Shown here one piece after another: positions 38,783 through 47,722 of a DNA stretch of 64,000 nucleotides. The DNA is from Candidatus Hydrogenedentota bacterium (GTDB taxonomy: Bacteria; Hydrogenedentota; Hydrogenedentia; Hydrogenedentales; CAILVY01), in contig CAILVY010000238.1 of assembly GCA_903837785.1 (NCBI GenBank), positions 40,116 through 104,115 on the forward strand, in the 5' to 3' direction. The notes under the pieces were generated by a model. The model did no database searches, had not been told where the DNA came from, and worked only from the letters and a program-made list of their open reading frames with translations. A program made the translations under genes and the position numbers. Each line of letters begins with the position of its first letter. The first letter of the stretch is position 1.

Positions 38783-39451
38783 TCAACCTGATGCGAATCC
38801 AAAAATGTCGATATGCCGGTTGGTAATCTGTTCGACGCGCAGGGAGGCGAGGCCCGCCTCGCCGAGTTGTTCGCGGACTTCCTCGATCGTGTAGGCCGAG
38901 AGGAAAGACCGATAGAACTCCTCCTGCAGCAGCGGGCTGGCATCGCCCGCATGTTTCTCGACGAGCGCCCGCGCCGCGGCCTCGCTCTCCGGGCGAAACA
39001 AGTCACGGAAGAAGATCAGCGTGCCCGGCCGCGCGAGGCGCCGAATCTCGCGCCAAAACTGCACGGCGCCGGTGATGTGATGGAGGATGCTGTTCGAGCA
39101 GAGGATATCGAAACGCGCATCCGGAAAGGGGCAGCACTTGGCGTCCGTGATCACCCAGGAGGCATGGGGCGCATCGCCGGTGCGCGCCTGGGCGCGCCGC
39201 GCGAAGGCGAGCATGGCGCGCGAGAAGTCGAGGCCGGTGATGCGCCAGCCCGGCCGGGACCGCGCTATGCGCAGCGTGATGTCGCCCGGCCCGCAGCCGA
39301 AATCGAGCACCTGCGCCTCGGCGGTGCTTCCGGCAAGTTCGAGCAGGCGTTCGGCGAAGGCCTGATTCACCGCGCTGAAATCGGTTTCGGCGTAGGCCCG
39401 TGCCTCCTCGGCATCGTCCATGTACTCCGGCTCCGCGAAACGGTCCATCAT
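38783..39451 (-). CDS. Class I SAM-dependent methyltransferase
   Basis: Motif I reads VLDFGCGPGDITLRIA. The real start is MMDRFAEPEYMDD... at 39451/39448 (ATGA overlap with the GHMP kinase stop). The upstream part of track ORF 38783..40027 is a spurious extension. Confidence 0.75.
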   Translation of the reverse strand: MMDRFAEPEYMDDAEEARAYAETDFSAVNQAFAERLLELAGSTAEAQVLDFGCGPGDITLRIARSRPGWRITGLDFSRAMLAFARRAQARTGDAPHASWVITDAKCCPFPDARFDILCSNSILHHITGAVQFWREIRRLARPGTLIFFRDLFRPESEAAARALVEKHAGDASPLLQEEFYRSFLSAYTIEEVREQLGEAGLASLRVEQITNRHIDIFGFASG

Positions 39452-40503
39452 TCCGTGGACTCCCAGCGCCGGAGCCCGACACGGGAGAGGTACGTGGAAA
39501 TCACCCGAAACGACGGATTGAGCGATGGCAAGGCCTGGATGAACGCCCGCTTCCGCGCGTTGTCCGGCCCGCACAAAATGCTCAACGAGCCGCCCTCGCC
39601 GCCCGCCCCGTTCACTTTCCACCCGATGCAGCCGCATTCGCGCGCGAGCCCGATGACGGCCGCGGCCGCATCGGAAACGAGGGCGGGATGCAGCCCCTGC
39701 TGCGCTTCGGTGTTCGCGATCATGGCCCGTCCTAGGGCGTTGAAGTCTCCGTGATATACCGCATCCTTGCCTTGGCGCGCGGCCTGGCGAAGCGGTTCGA
39801 GCGCAGAGCGGTCGGACGCATTGGATTCGAGACGGCGGATAACCTGGCCGTGGACCTCGCTCGAAGAGTGCGTCCGGCCGAGGTAGACGAGAACCATGCG
39901 GCGTTCGAGTTCCCACCAGATCGAGTTGGAGACGGTTATCTGCGAAACCGACGCGCGCGGGTACTGGAACATCTCGATATAGCAGATGCCGCCGTATGCC
40001 GAGCACAATTGATCCTGAATGCCGCATTGCAGGCCGAGCTTCTCTGTTTCGACCCGGTGCGCCAGCGTCGCCACCTCGTGCGGCGTCATGCTGCCGCCCT
40101 TGAGCATGTCGAGCGCCCCCAGCAGCGCTACGCTCACCGCCGCCGAAGTTCCGGTCGAACAGCCTGCCGGCGCATTCGAGAACAAGTTGATTTCGAACGA
40201 GAGGTCCGGGGGAATGTCCATAATGTCGATGGACGCCTCGAGCAACGGGTGCTTGTCGTATTCGATGGGTCCGGGATCGAGCACGTAGCGGTCGCCGAAA
40301 TTCTCCGCATGAATGATGATCTTGCGTTCATCGCCCGGGGGCGTGTCGTGGACATCAATCTGCACCTCGGCATAGGGATATACGCCGATGTTGAAGACCG
40401 CGCCGGTCTCCGCAAACCACGTATCGGTCCACCCGCCCAAGTCACAGATACGAATGGGCGCCATGGCGTTAATGACGCGCTTCTGACAGTTCATCCTGGT
40501 CAT
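39448..40503 (-). CDS. GHMP-family sugar kinase (HddA/fucokinase-like)
   Basis: The GHMP ATP-binding motif is PAGCSTGTSAAVSVALLGAL. The N-terminus APIRICDLGGWTDTW is HddA-like. GGAGGAG lies 5 nt upstream of the ATG at 40503 (alternatives at 40527 and 40464). Confidence 0.75.
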   Translation of the reverse strand: MTRMNCQKRVINAMAPIRICDLGGWTDTWFAETGAVFNIGVYPYAEVQIDVHDTPPGDERKIIIHAENFGDRYVLDPGPIEYDKHPLLEASIDIMDIPPDLSFEINLFSNAPAGCSTGTSAAVSVALLGALDMLKGGSMTPHEVATLAHRVETEKLGLQCGIQDQLCSAYGGICYIEMFQYPRASVSQITVSNSIWWELERRMVLVYLGRTHSSSEVHGQVIRRLESNASDRSALEPLRQAARQGKDAVYHGDFNALGRAMIANTEAQQGLHPALVSDAAAAVIGLARECGCIGWKVNGAGGEGGSLSILCGPDNARKRAFIQALPSLNPSFRVISTYLSRVGLRRWESTE

Positions 40504-40566
40504 ACATGCTCCTCCTGCCGTTGGCATACCACAGGCATTGCGGGATGTGCAAAAAAGTCCGCGCGA

Positions 40567-41709
40567 TTACGTCCGCACCGTGCCGGCGTGCAGCGAACGC
40601 GCCACGGAGAGCAGGGACTGCGCGGTGTGTTCCCACGTGAAGCGCGCGGCCTGGACGGGACCGCGCTGGCTCAGGCGAAGGCGCATATCCTCGTCTGTAA
40701 TCAGCCGCTCGAGCGCGTCCGCCATGGCGGGGACATCGTAGGGATCGGTCATAAGTGCCGCATCGTCCGCGACTTCGGGGAGCGACGAGCAGTTCGAGGT
40801 CAGGACGGCGGTGCCGCAGGCCATCGCTTCGAGCACCGGCAGCCCGAAGCCTTCCCACAGGGAAACGAGAGCGAGGAGGTCGGCCGCGCTGATCAGCGCG
40901 GGCAGGTCCGCATCGGGCACGAAGCCGAGAAAGCGAATGTGCGCGCGGGCGGTCGAGGCTTCCGCGGCGGCGTAGATGGGGCCCTGCAGCCAGCCTTCGT
41001 CGCCTGCCATCAACAGATGATGCGGCAGGTCCGGACGGCGCGCCCGCAGTCGGGCAAATGCCTCGATCAGCCGAACAAGATTCTTACGCGGCTGCAGACG
41101 CCCCACGTACAACACGAAGTGTTCGGGAAGCCCATGCCGCTGCCGCAGCTCACGGATGGCCGCCTCGTCCGCACGCCGAAAACGGGAAGAGCAGCCGAGA
41201 TGCGCCACCGTGACGCGGGAGGCCGGAACGCCGAGGAACTGCGCCAGATCCCGCTGCGTGGCAAAACTGTCGGCCACGAGATGCGCCGCGTTTCGCGCCA
41301 CGTGCCGCGCCTGCCATCGCGCAATCTGCCGCTGGCGAAACGTGAAGTATGCCCCGAAGTCGAAGAAGGCCAGGTCGTGAACCGCGGCAATCGCGGGGCA
41401 CGGGCAACAGACCGGCAATTGCGTCACCGGCGAGAAGAACACATCGGGCGGATGCCTGCGCAGTTCGCGGCCGAGGATGCGTTGCGTCCAGAACCTGCCC
41501 GGGGGCAGGACGCGCAGTTCCGCCTGTTCCGCGGACAGGGGAAACGTCGCCCGCGGCGGCGCATCCAGATAGATCCGCAGGGAAGCGCCGTCCAGCTGCG
41601 CGGGCAGCGCCTGCAACAATTCGGCGCAGAAGTGTCCCACACCCGCGCGTTTCTCCGCGTTCGCGAGGCGGCCATCGATTCCGAGCATCATGATGCGGAA
41701 TCCTTGCAC
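40567..41709 (-). CDS. Glycosyltransferase family 4
   Basis: The GT-B C-terminal motif SLWEGFGLPVLEAMACGTAVLTSNCSSLPEV is present. Confidence 0.85.
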   Translation of the reverse strand: MQGFRIMMLGIDGRLANAEKRAGVGHFCAELLQALPAQLDGASLRIYLDAPPRATFPLSAEQAELRVLPPGRFWTQRILGRELRRHPPDVFFSPVTQLPVCCPCPAIAAVHDLAFFDFGAYFTFRQRQIARWQARHVARNAAHLVADSFATQRDLAQFLGVPASRVTVAHLGCSSRFRRADEAAIRELRQRHGLPEHFVLYVGRLQPRKNLVRLIEAFARLRARRPDLPHHLLMAGDEGWLQGPIYAAAEASTARAHIRFLGFVPDADLPALISAADLLALVSLWEGFGLPVLEAMACGTAVLTSNCSSLPEVADDAALMTDPYDVPAMADALERLITDEDMRLRLSQRGPVQAARFTWEHTAQSLLSVARSLHAGTVRT

Positions 41710-41737
41710 CGGTGATTGGTCTGCAGGCAGCGGTGGT

Positions 41738-43189
41738 TCATGATCTCCTCGCGGGCAACAGCGCCCGGATTAGTCCCCGGACATCATGCACAGTCACCAC
41801 CCGCAGGGCAAGGCACCCGCAAACGAAGAGGCCCACGGCCGCGATTCGCCATGGAATGCCGCCTTGTCCCGCCCAAAGCAGCAGCCCGGCCGCGAGCATG
41901 ATTCCGTGCGGCTTCAGGAGATGGCGCGTCTGGACGCCCAGGCCGCGGCGCCGGACGCACGCGGTTTGTGCCGCGCAACTGAATGCCGCGGCGCAGAGCG
42001 CGGCCAAGCCCGCGCCCGTAATGCCCAGGAGCGGCAGCAGGACGAGATTGGCCGCGATGCTGAAGGCGGCTGTGGCAACGTTGATGGCCGTCACGAGGCC
42101 GGGTTTCCCCAGCGCGATCAGCGTCTGTCCCATGAGCCCGGCCTGCACCGCGACCGCGATGGCCGCCATGAGCAGTCCCAGCACGGAAGTGGCGGCCAGA
42201 TAGTCCCGGTTGAAGAGCAGGATCAGCAGCGGCTCCTGCACGAGAATCGTCATCAAAGCCGTGAGATATCCGAAGAAGGCCAGGATGGAGGAGGTGTGCG
42301 TGAGAAAACGCGCCGCCTCGCCTCGCTCGTTCCGGGCAATCATCTCCGAGATGGTGGGAAGGAACGGCACGGCAAGCGCCCCGAGAAAACGCGACACGAG
42401 CACCGGCAGCCGCTTCGCCATTTCGTACAGCGCGACCGCGGCCGGCGACTGCAGCACTAGCAGCAGGAACATCGTGTCGAAGCGCTGGAACACGAAAGTC
42501 AACAGGCTGTTCACGTAGAGCGGCATGCTGAAACGGACGCATTCCCGGGCCAGGGCGAAATCCGGATGCCAGCGCGCGCCCCGCGGCAGCGCGGCCAGCA
42601 ACCACGCCACCGCCACCGCGTAGGCGGCCGTCGTCGTGATCGACAGCGCGGCCACGCCCCCCTTCAGGACCCAGATGAAGAGGAATACGAACAGCACTTG
42701 TGCGGCGGACGACGTGACGATGCCCATGGCGCGCGGGCCATAGCGGTTGAAGCCCGCGAGCGCCGCCATGGACGTGTCGCGAACGATGCCCACGCCGAAC
42801 AGGGGCGGCAGGAACAGGAGCCAGGGATAGACGCCCTGCCACGAGGCAGGGCCGACGCGGAATTGCCACAGCACGGCCGGCACGGCCCAGCAGACGATCG
42901 CGAGGAGAATGAGCAGGAGATGCTGAAAGGACAGGCAGGCCCCGGAGATCGCGGCACGCCGGTCCTCCGGCGCGGCCCCGATGAGTTTGGGCAGCGAAAC
43001 CGCCAGGCCGAGGTTTCCGGCAATGTTGATGAAATCCGCCCAGAGCAGGAGGAGGGTGAAGATCGCCACGCCCGCCTGATCGAGGACATTCGTGAACATC
43101 TTGCCCACGGCCAGCATGGCGAGCGTGGAGACGAAGATGCTCGCGCCCGAGAGCACGCCGCCACGGACCACCGATCTGCCGCGGCTCAT
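41738..43189 (-). CDS. Wzx-like polysaccharide flippase (MOP superfamily)
   Basis: The 483-aa protein is a polytopic membrane protein of about 12-14 TM segments, typical of O-unit flippases. Confidence 0.75.
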   Translation of the reverse strand: MSRGRSVVRGGVLSGASIFVSTLAMLAVGKMFTNVLDQAGVAIFTLLLLWADFINIAGNLGLAVSLPKLIGAAPEDRRAAISGACLSFQHLLLILLAIVCWAVPAVLWQFRVGPASWQGVYPWLLFLPPLFGVGIVRDTSMAALAGFNRYGPRAMGIVTSSAAQVLFVFLFIWVLKGGVAALSITTTAAYAVAVAWLLAALPRGARWHPDFALARECVRFSMPLYVNSLLTFVFQRFDTMFLLLVLQSPAAVALYEMAKRLPVLVSRFLGALAVPFLPTISEMIARNERGEAARFLTHTSSILAFFGYLTALMTILVQEPLLILLFNRDYLAATSVLGLLMAAIAVAVQAGLMGQTLIALGKPGLVTAINVATAAFSIAANLVLLPLLGITGAGLAALCAAAFSCAAQTACVRRRGLGVQTRHLLKPHGIMLAAGLLLWAGQGGIPWRIAAVGLFVCGCLALRVVTVHDVRGLIRALLPARRS

Positions 43190-43213
43190 GATGCGCCCCC
43201 GTTGCCGGACCGC

Positions 43214-44425
43214 TCAGGCTTCTTTGTCGAGCAGGGCGGCATAGCGGCGCAGTGCAATCATGCCAAAGAAGTACACGGGCGCGGCGATGGCCGCGATGAC
43301 TACCGCAACAAGAATCATCAGCGAACGCTGCGGGCCGCTCTTCTCCTCGGGCGGCACCGCGCGCGACACGATCTTGAACTCGCGCATGGGGTCTTCGGCA
43401 ACCGTGCGCACCGCCTGCAGGCTCAGATTCAGCTCCTCGACCGTCTTCTTCTGCCCGTCGATTTTGAGACGCAACTTCTCCTGATCGCCGTTGACACGTG
43501 CCACATCCGCGCGCAAGGACGTCAGCGCGGTTTGCAGCCGGACGGATTCTTCCTCCATGGCCTGGCGCTGCGCGCGCAGGCCCGCGAGTTCGCTGATGGC
43601 GCCCGCGCGCCGCGCAGCCAGTTCGCCAGCATCGGTCTTCTCCGGCGTGGCCAGCAATTTGTCCATCTCGCCGGTTTCGCCTTCCAGGCGCGCGATGTCG
43701 ATCGCGAGATCGCTCTTGCGGCTTTCGTTCGAAGTGAAGGAAGACTCCATCTCCGCGAGACGCTGCTTCATGCCCTCCGGATTGTATTGCCCCTCGATAG
43801 TTTCGAGTTGCTGCTGCAGGGCCTCATACTGTCCCCAGGCCTCGTCGTAGCGTTTCTGCATGAACTCGACCGCGCCCTCGCTTGCGGTCTTGCGGATGCG
43901 CTCGGCCATCTCGATGCCCATTTCCGCCCACGCATTCGCCACGCCGGCCGCCACTTTCGGGTCCTTCGCCGTCACTACGAGTTCCACGACCCGCTGATAC
44001 TCCACCCTGTCCGAGGTCTGGAGCTGAATACGGGATCTGACCTCGATTGAACGCGCCACGCGCTCGAGAGTCATGCCGCCGGCCGCCACGCCCGCCTGCT
44101 GATACTGTTCCTGGAACACGTTCCGCAGCCGGGCCGTCATGTCCTCCGACGTCAGAATCGCCTTGTAGTCCGGCATCGGCAGCGCTTCGAGCATCTTCAC
44201 TTTGAGGAAATTGACGCGGCGGGTCGGCTCGTTCACCAGCGTGAGGTTGCCGAGGATCTTGTCCTCCTGTTCGATCGGCATGGGCGCGAGTATGAGCAGT
44301 GTCCGCGCCTGATACGTGCTCTCCAGATTCCGGGTGTACCACGTGGCCGCGCCCCCGGCCGCCGTGGCGGCCAGCACGATGTACACGGCCAGACGAAGGA
44401 ACATGCGCGAGTGTTTTTCCGCCAT
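43214..44425 (-). CDS. Wzz/PCP-family polysaccharide co-polymerase (chain-length determinant-like)
   Basis: An N-terminal TM segment, a long coiled-coil periplasmic region and a C-terminal TM segment (LMILVAVVIAAIAAPVYFFGMIAL) are present. AAAGGG is 6 nt before the ATG. Confidence 0.7.
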   Translation of the reverse strand: MAEKHSRMFLRLAVYIVLAATAAGGAATWYTRNLESTYQARTLLILAPMPIEQEDKILGNLTLVNEPTRRVNFLKVKMLEALPMPDYKAILTSEDMTARLRNVFQEQYQQAGVAAGGMTLERVARSIEVRSRIQLQTSDRVEYQRVVELVVTAKDPKVAAGVANAWAEMGIEMAERIRKTASEGAVEFMQKRYDEAWGQYEALQQQLETIEGQYNPEGMKQRLAEMESSFTSNESRKSDLAIDIARLEGETGEMDKLLATPEKTDAGELAARRAGAISELAGLRAQRQAMEEESVRLQTALTSLRADVARVNGDQEKLRLKIDGQKKTVEELNLSLQAVRTVAEDPMREFKIVSRAVPPEEKSGPQRSLMILVAVVIAAIAAPVYFFGMIALRRYAALLDKEA

Positions 44426-44486
44426 AGGAATCCCTTTCCTGGATGCGCCGCCAGTATAGCAACGGCGATAGAAAAACCCAAGCGCT

Positions 44487-44516
44487 GTGACAATGCCGCC
44501 GCCATGCCGCTATAAT
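44487..44516 (+). promoter_or_regulatory. Sigma-70-like promoter for wecB in the divergent wzz/wecB intergenic region
   Basis: -35 GTGACA (44487-92), -10 TATAAT (44511-16), 18-nt spacer (17 nt if the -35 is read as TGACAA). The wecB ATG is 23 nt downstream of the -10. Confidence 0.45.
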
Positions 44517-44538
44517 CACACGGAGACGGGAGTGGTGT

Positions 44539-45648
44539 ATGAAAATCCTGATTGTTATGGGCACCCGTCCCGAGGCCATCAAGATGGCTCCGGTGGCGCT
44601 CGCCCTCATGGAATGTCCCGCGGTGTTCGAGGTCGAGGTGTGCCTCACGGCGCAGCACCGGGAACTCCTCGATCAGGTAATCCGCGTGTTCAGCCTGCCG
44701 GTCCACTATGATCTGGATCTCATGGCCCCCAACCAGACGATCTACGACGTGACGGCCCGGGTCGTGTCGGGGCTGCGCGGCGTGCTTGAACGATCCGCCC
44801 CGGACGTGGTCCTGGTGCATGGCGACACTACGACTTCGTTTGCGGCGGCATTGGCCGCCTACTACGCCCACATCCCGGTCGGGCATGTCGAGGCGGGCTT
44901 GCGCACTTACGACAAGTATCAGCCGTTCCCGGAGGAGATGAACCGGCGCCTCTGCGACGCGATTTGCGATTATCACTACGCCCCGACACCCCAGGCCCGC
45001 GAGAACCTCCTGCGCGAGAACATCGCCGAAGCAGGGATTGTCGTAACGGGCAACACGGTCATTGACGCGCTGCTGCATGCCACGGCGCGGCCGCATGCCT
45101 TTGAAGATTCGCTCCTGACACAGGCAGGGCAAGAGCGCCGGCTGCTGCTTGTCACGGCGCACCGCCGCGAAAGTTTCGGCGAGCCTTTCCTCGCAATGTG
45201 CGGCGCCATTCGCGATTTGGCCGCCGCAAACCCGGATCTCGAGGTGATCTACCCCGTGCACCCCAACCCCAATGTCCGCCGAGCCACTGATGAGGTGCTG
45301 CGCGGTTGCGATCGTGTCCATCTGATAGAGCCCCTCGATTACCTGCCCTTCGTCCATCTCCTCAAGCGGGCGCACATCGTGTTGACGGACTCGGGCGGTA
45401 TTCAGGAGGAGGCGCCTTCGTTGGGCAAGCCGGTGCTCGTGATGCGCGAAGTCACGGAACGGCCCGAAGCCATCGCCGCGGGCACCGCACAACTGGTGGG
45501 CACCCGCCGCGAGGGCATCGTGAACGCAGTGCAACGCCTGCTCGACGACAGGCAGGCCTACGCGGCCATGGCGAACGCCGTGAATCCCTACGGCGACGGG
45601 CTGGCCTCCAAACGAATCGCCGCGCATCTCGCGGCCCTGAACGCCTGA
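44539..45648 (+). CDS. wecB: UDP-N-acetylglucosamine 2-epimerase (non-hydrolysing)
   Basis: MKILIVMGTRPEAIKMAPV...VHGDTTTSFAAALAAYYAHIPVGHVEAGLRT... is canonical WecB. Confidence 0.9.
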   Translation: MKILIVMGTRPEAIKMAPVALALMECPAVFEVEVCLTAQHRELLDQVIRVFSLPVHYDLDLMAPNQTIYDVTARVVSGLRGVLERSAPDVVLVHGDTTTSFAAALAAYYAHIPVGHVEAGLRTYDKYQPFPEEMNRRLCDAICDYHYAPTPQARENLLRENIAEAGIVVTGNTVIDALLHATARPHAFEDSLLTQAGQERRLLLVTAHRRESFGEPFLAMCGAIRDLAAANPDLEVIYPVHPNPNVRRATDEVLRGCDRVHLIEPLDYLPFVHLLKRAHIVLTDSGGIQEEAPSLGKPVLVMREVTERPEAIAAGTAQLVGTRREGIVNAVQRLLDDRQAYAAMANAVNPYGDGLASKRIAAHLAALNA

Positions 45649-45861
45649 CCCGGAAGTGCCGCGGCACCCGCTAACCCGCGACTTCTGCCAATGCCCGGAC
45701 AATCCGGGGTGCTCCGTTCCCGCGGCGTTCCGTTGAAGTTCCCGCGGCCTGCCGCTATACTGAGCGGCAGTGGGCTTGAATCACGTCCGAGAAGCGGTCA
45801 AGGGGACGGAGGGCGTGGTTTGCAGTTGGAATATGAGAATCCGAAAAGGTGCGTGAATTCC

Positions 45862-47649
45862 ATGTTTGGCTTTGCCTCTTCTATACATGACCTCTCCGAG
45901 ATGGCATGCACGGGGAAGCTGGAGCCGGCGTACGGGCGGGATCTCGAGGTGGCCGAGGTGCTCCGCATGCTCTCCCGGGTCTACTCGAAAAGCGTTCTCG
46001 TCGTAGGGCCGAAAGGCGCCGGAAAAACGCGCTTCGTGCGGGGGGTCGTGCTCGAGGAGCGGGAGCGTGTGGAGAAGCTGGGCGTATCGGGACTGCAATT
46101 CCTCGAGCTGACAGCGACCGTGATGCGATCCCGGACGGTGCGAATTCGCGATGCCGTGCTCGCCCTCATTCGATCGTTCAAGTCCAATGCACAGCAGATT
46201 CTCGTGGCGGATGATGCATTCCCGCTGCTCGATCCCCGGGAAGACCCCTTCAGCCCGGCCGGTTTGCTGAGCGCGGCCATCAAACAGGGCGACGTGTGGT
46301 GCGTCGCCACGATGACAACGGAGGAATACGAGAGCTTTGCCGGGCTGGATCCCGCGGGTATCCGAACGTTCCGGGTCGTGCAGTTGCGGCCGTTTCCGGA
46401 AGAACGGACCCTGGAAGAGCTGAAGCGATTGGTCCCGCAACTCGAACGGGACTACCGGGTGAAGATCAACGAGGCAACGCTGCGCCGGGCCGTCCGCCTT
46501 ACCCAGGAGTACCTGCCGGACGAGGCGCTGCCGGGAAAGGCCATCACGGTGCTGACGCAGGCCTGCGCCTTGTGCCGGCAGCGGTTGGACACACACGAAA
46601 ACGTGGACGTGCGACTCCTCGATTCGCCGATGCAGTTCCTGGGCAACAGTGTCAGTTCCTACGAACTCAAATGCGTCGTGGCCAAGCGGGCGTCGGTGGA
46701 CGTGTTCGGGGCGGAGCTCGATCGCTGGAAAACGACGCGGACAAGCCACATGAAGACGACGGTCTTCGGCCAGGACGCCGCCATCGAGCATATGATCTCC
46801 GTCATGGCGAACATCCGCGATGAATATCAGCGGGCGGCATGCCCGGCGGGGGTCCTCCTCTTCGGCGGCCCGCCCGGTTCCGGCAAGGTGCACGCCGCAA
46901 AGGCACTGACCTACACCCTCATGCAGTCGTACAACGAGTACATGGAATTCAGCCTGGGGGAAGGCCCCGATCCCAGGGTGATCGCCCGCTTGCTGAAAAC
47001 GATTTGCGACAAGGATCTCACCCCCGAAATCAGCGGCCCGGAGGATGCGGAACGCCCCGCGGCCTTGCGCGTCGTCGTCATCAAGGGAATCGAACGCGCG
47101 CATCCCAACGTGCTGGGGCCGTTGTTGCGGATCGTCACCCACGATTGTTCCAGTGAGTTGATGTGTGCCACACCGCCGACCCACAAGTGCCTGTTTATTT
47201 TCACACTCAATGTGGATCCCCGCCGCACCGACATGCGAAATCCCGGATGGCTGAGAGACTTGCTGAATTCGCTCGTGCGCCGGGAGATCGTCGACCGCTT
47301 CAATGCCATCGTTCCCTTTGGCGCGTTGGACGCCCCGTCACAGGCCGCCATCGTCATGCAGGCCATGAACGAGGTGCGCAACGAAACAGCGTTGCGGGGC
47401 ATCCAGGTCGTGATGGAGAACGAGGTGGTGCGCCTCGTGACGGAACGCGGCTACACGAGCGAAGGCGGCGCATCGGACCTGCTGATGACCTTTCAGCGGC
47501 TCGTGGTCGAGCCGCTCTACTGCATCATCAAGGCGGACATCCTGCCGCAGGGCAGCGCTATCGACATCTTCGTCCGCGACGGCCGGGTCGTCGTGTGCCG
47601 CAGAGACGCCTGGAAATCGCGGCGTCCCCAAGGCGCGGTCCAGCACTGA
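45862..47649 (+). CDS. ClpA/ClpB-like double-AAA+ protein lacking N and M domains, with degenerate catalytic motifs (putative pseudo-ATPase)
   Basis: D1 aligns with ClpB D1 (GRDLEVAEVLRMLSRVYSKSVLVVGPKGAGKT; LPGKAITVLTQA), but its Walker B reads ILVADD (DE to DD). D2 has Walker A GPPGSGKV (T/S to V) and Walker B VVVIKGIERAHPNV (DE to KG). The track ORF starts at 45691; the start was placed at the ATG at 45862, which is consistent with ClpB D1 spacing. Confidence 0.65.
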   Translation: MFGFASSIHDLSEMACTGKLEPAYGRDLEVAEVLRMLSRVYSKSVLVVGPKGAGKTRFVRGVVLEERERVEKLGVSGLQFLELTATVMRSRTVRIRDAVLALIRSFKSNAQQILVADDAFPLLDPREDPFSPAGLLSAAIKQGDVWCVATMTTEEYESFAGLDPAGIRTFRVVQLRPFPEERTLEELKRLVPQLERDYRVKINEATLRRAVRLTQEYLPDEALPGKAITVLTQACALCRQRLDTHENVDVRLLDSPMQFLGNSVSSYELKCVVAKRASVDVFGAELDRWKTTRTSHMKTTVFGQDAAIEHMISVMANIRDEYQRAACPAGVLLFGGPPGSGKVHAAKALTYTLMQSYNEYMEFSLGEGPDPRVIARLLKTICDKDLTPEISGPEDAERPAALRVVVIKGIERAHPNVLGPLLRIVTHDCSSELMCATPPTHKCLFIFTLNVDPRRTDMRNPGWLRDLLNSLVRREIVDRFNAIVPFGALDAPSQAAIVMQAMNEVRNETALRGIQVVMENEVVRLVTERGYTSEGGASDLLMTFQRLVVEPLYCIIKADILPQGSAIDIFVRDGRVVVCRRDAWKSRRPQGAVQH

Positions 47650-47722
47650 CGTGCGCTCTGCCGAACGCAAAGCGGCTTTCCTGTGTCTTGTCGGTCTACC
47701 GCCGTTCTGTTAGACTTTCCGC

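Noticed and set aside
39452-40027. N-terminal 192 codons of track ORF 38783..40027
   Set aside because: They overlap the GHMP kinase gene in another frame. The methyltransferase homology begins at MMDRFAEP (39451).
39751-41715. 654-aa plus-strand ORF
   Set aside because: It is antisense across the GHMP kinase and GT4 genes.
42566-44050. 494-aa plus-strand ORF
   Set aside because: It is antisense across the wzx and wzz genes.
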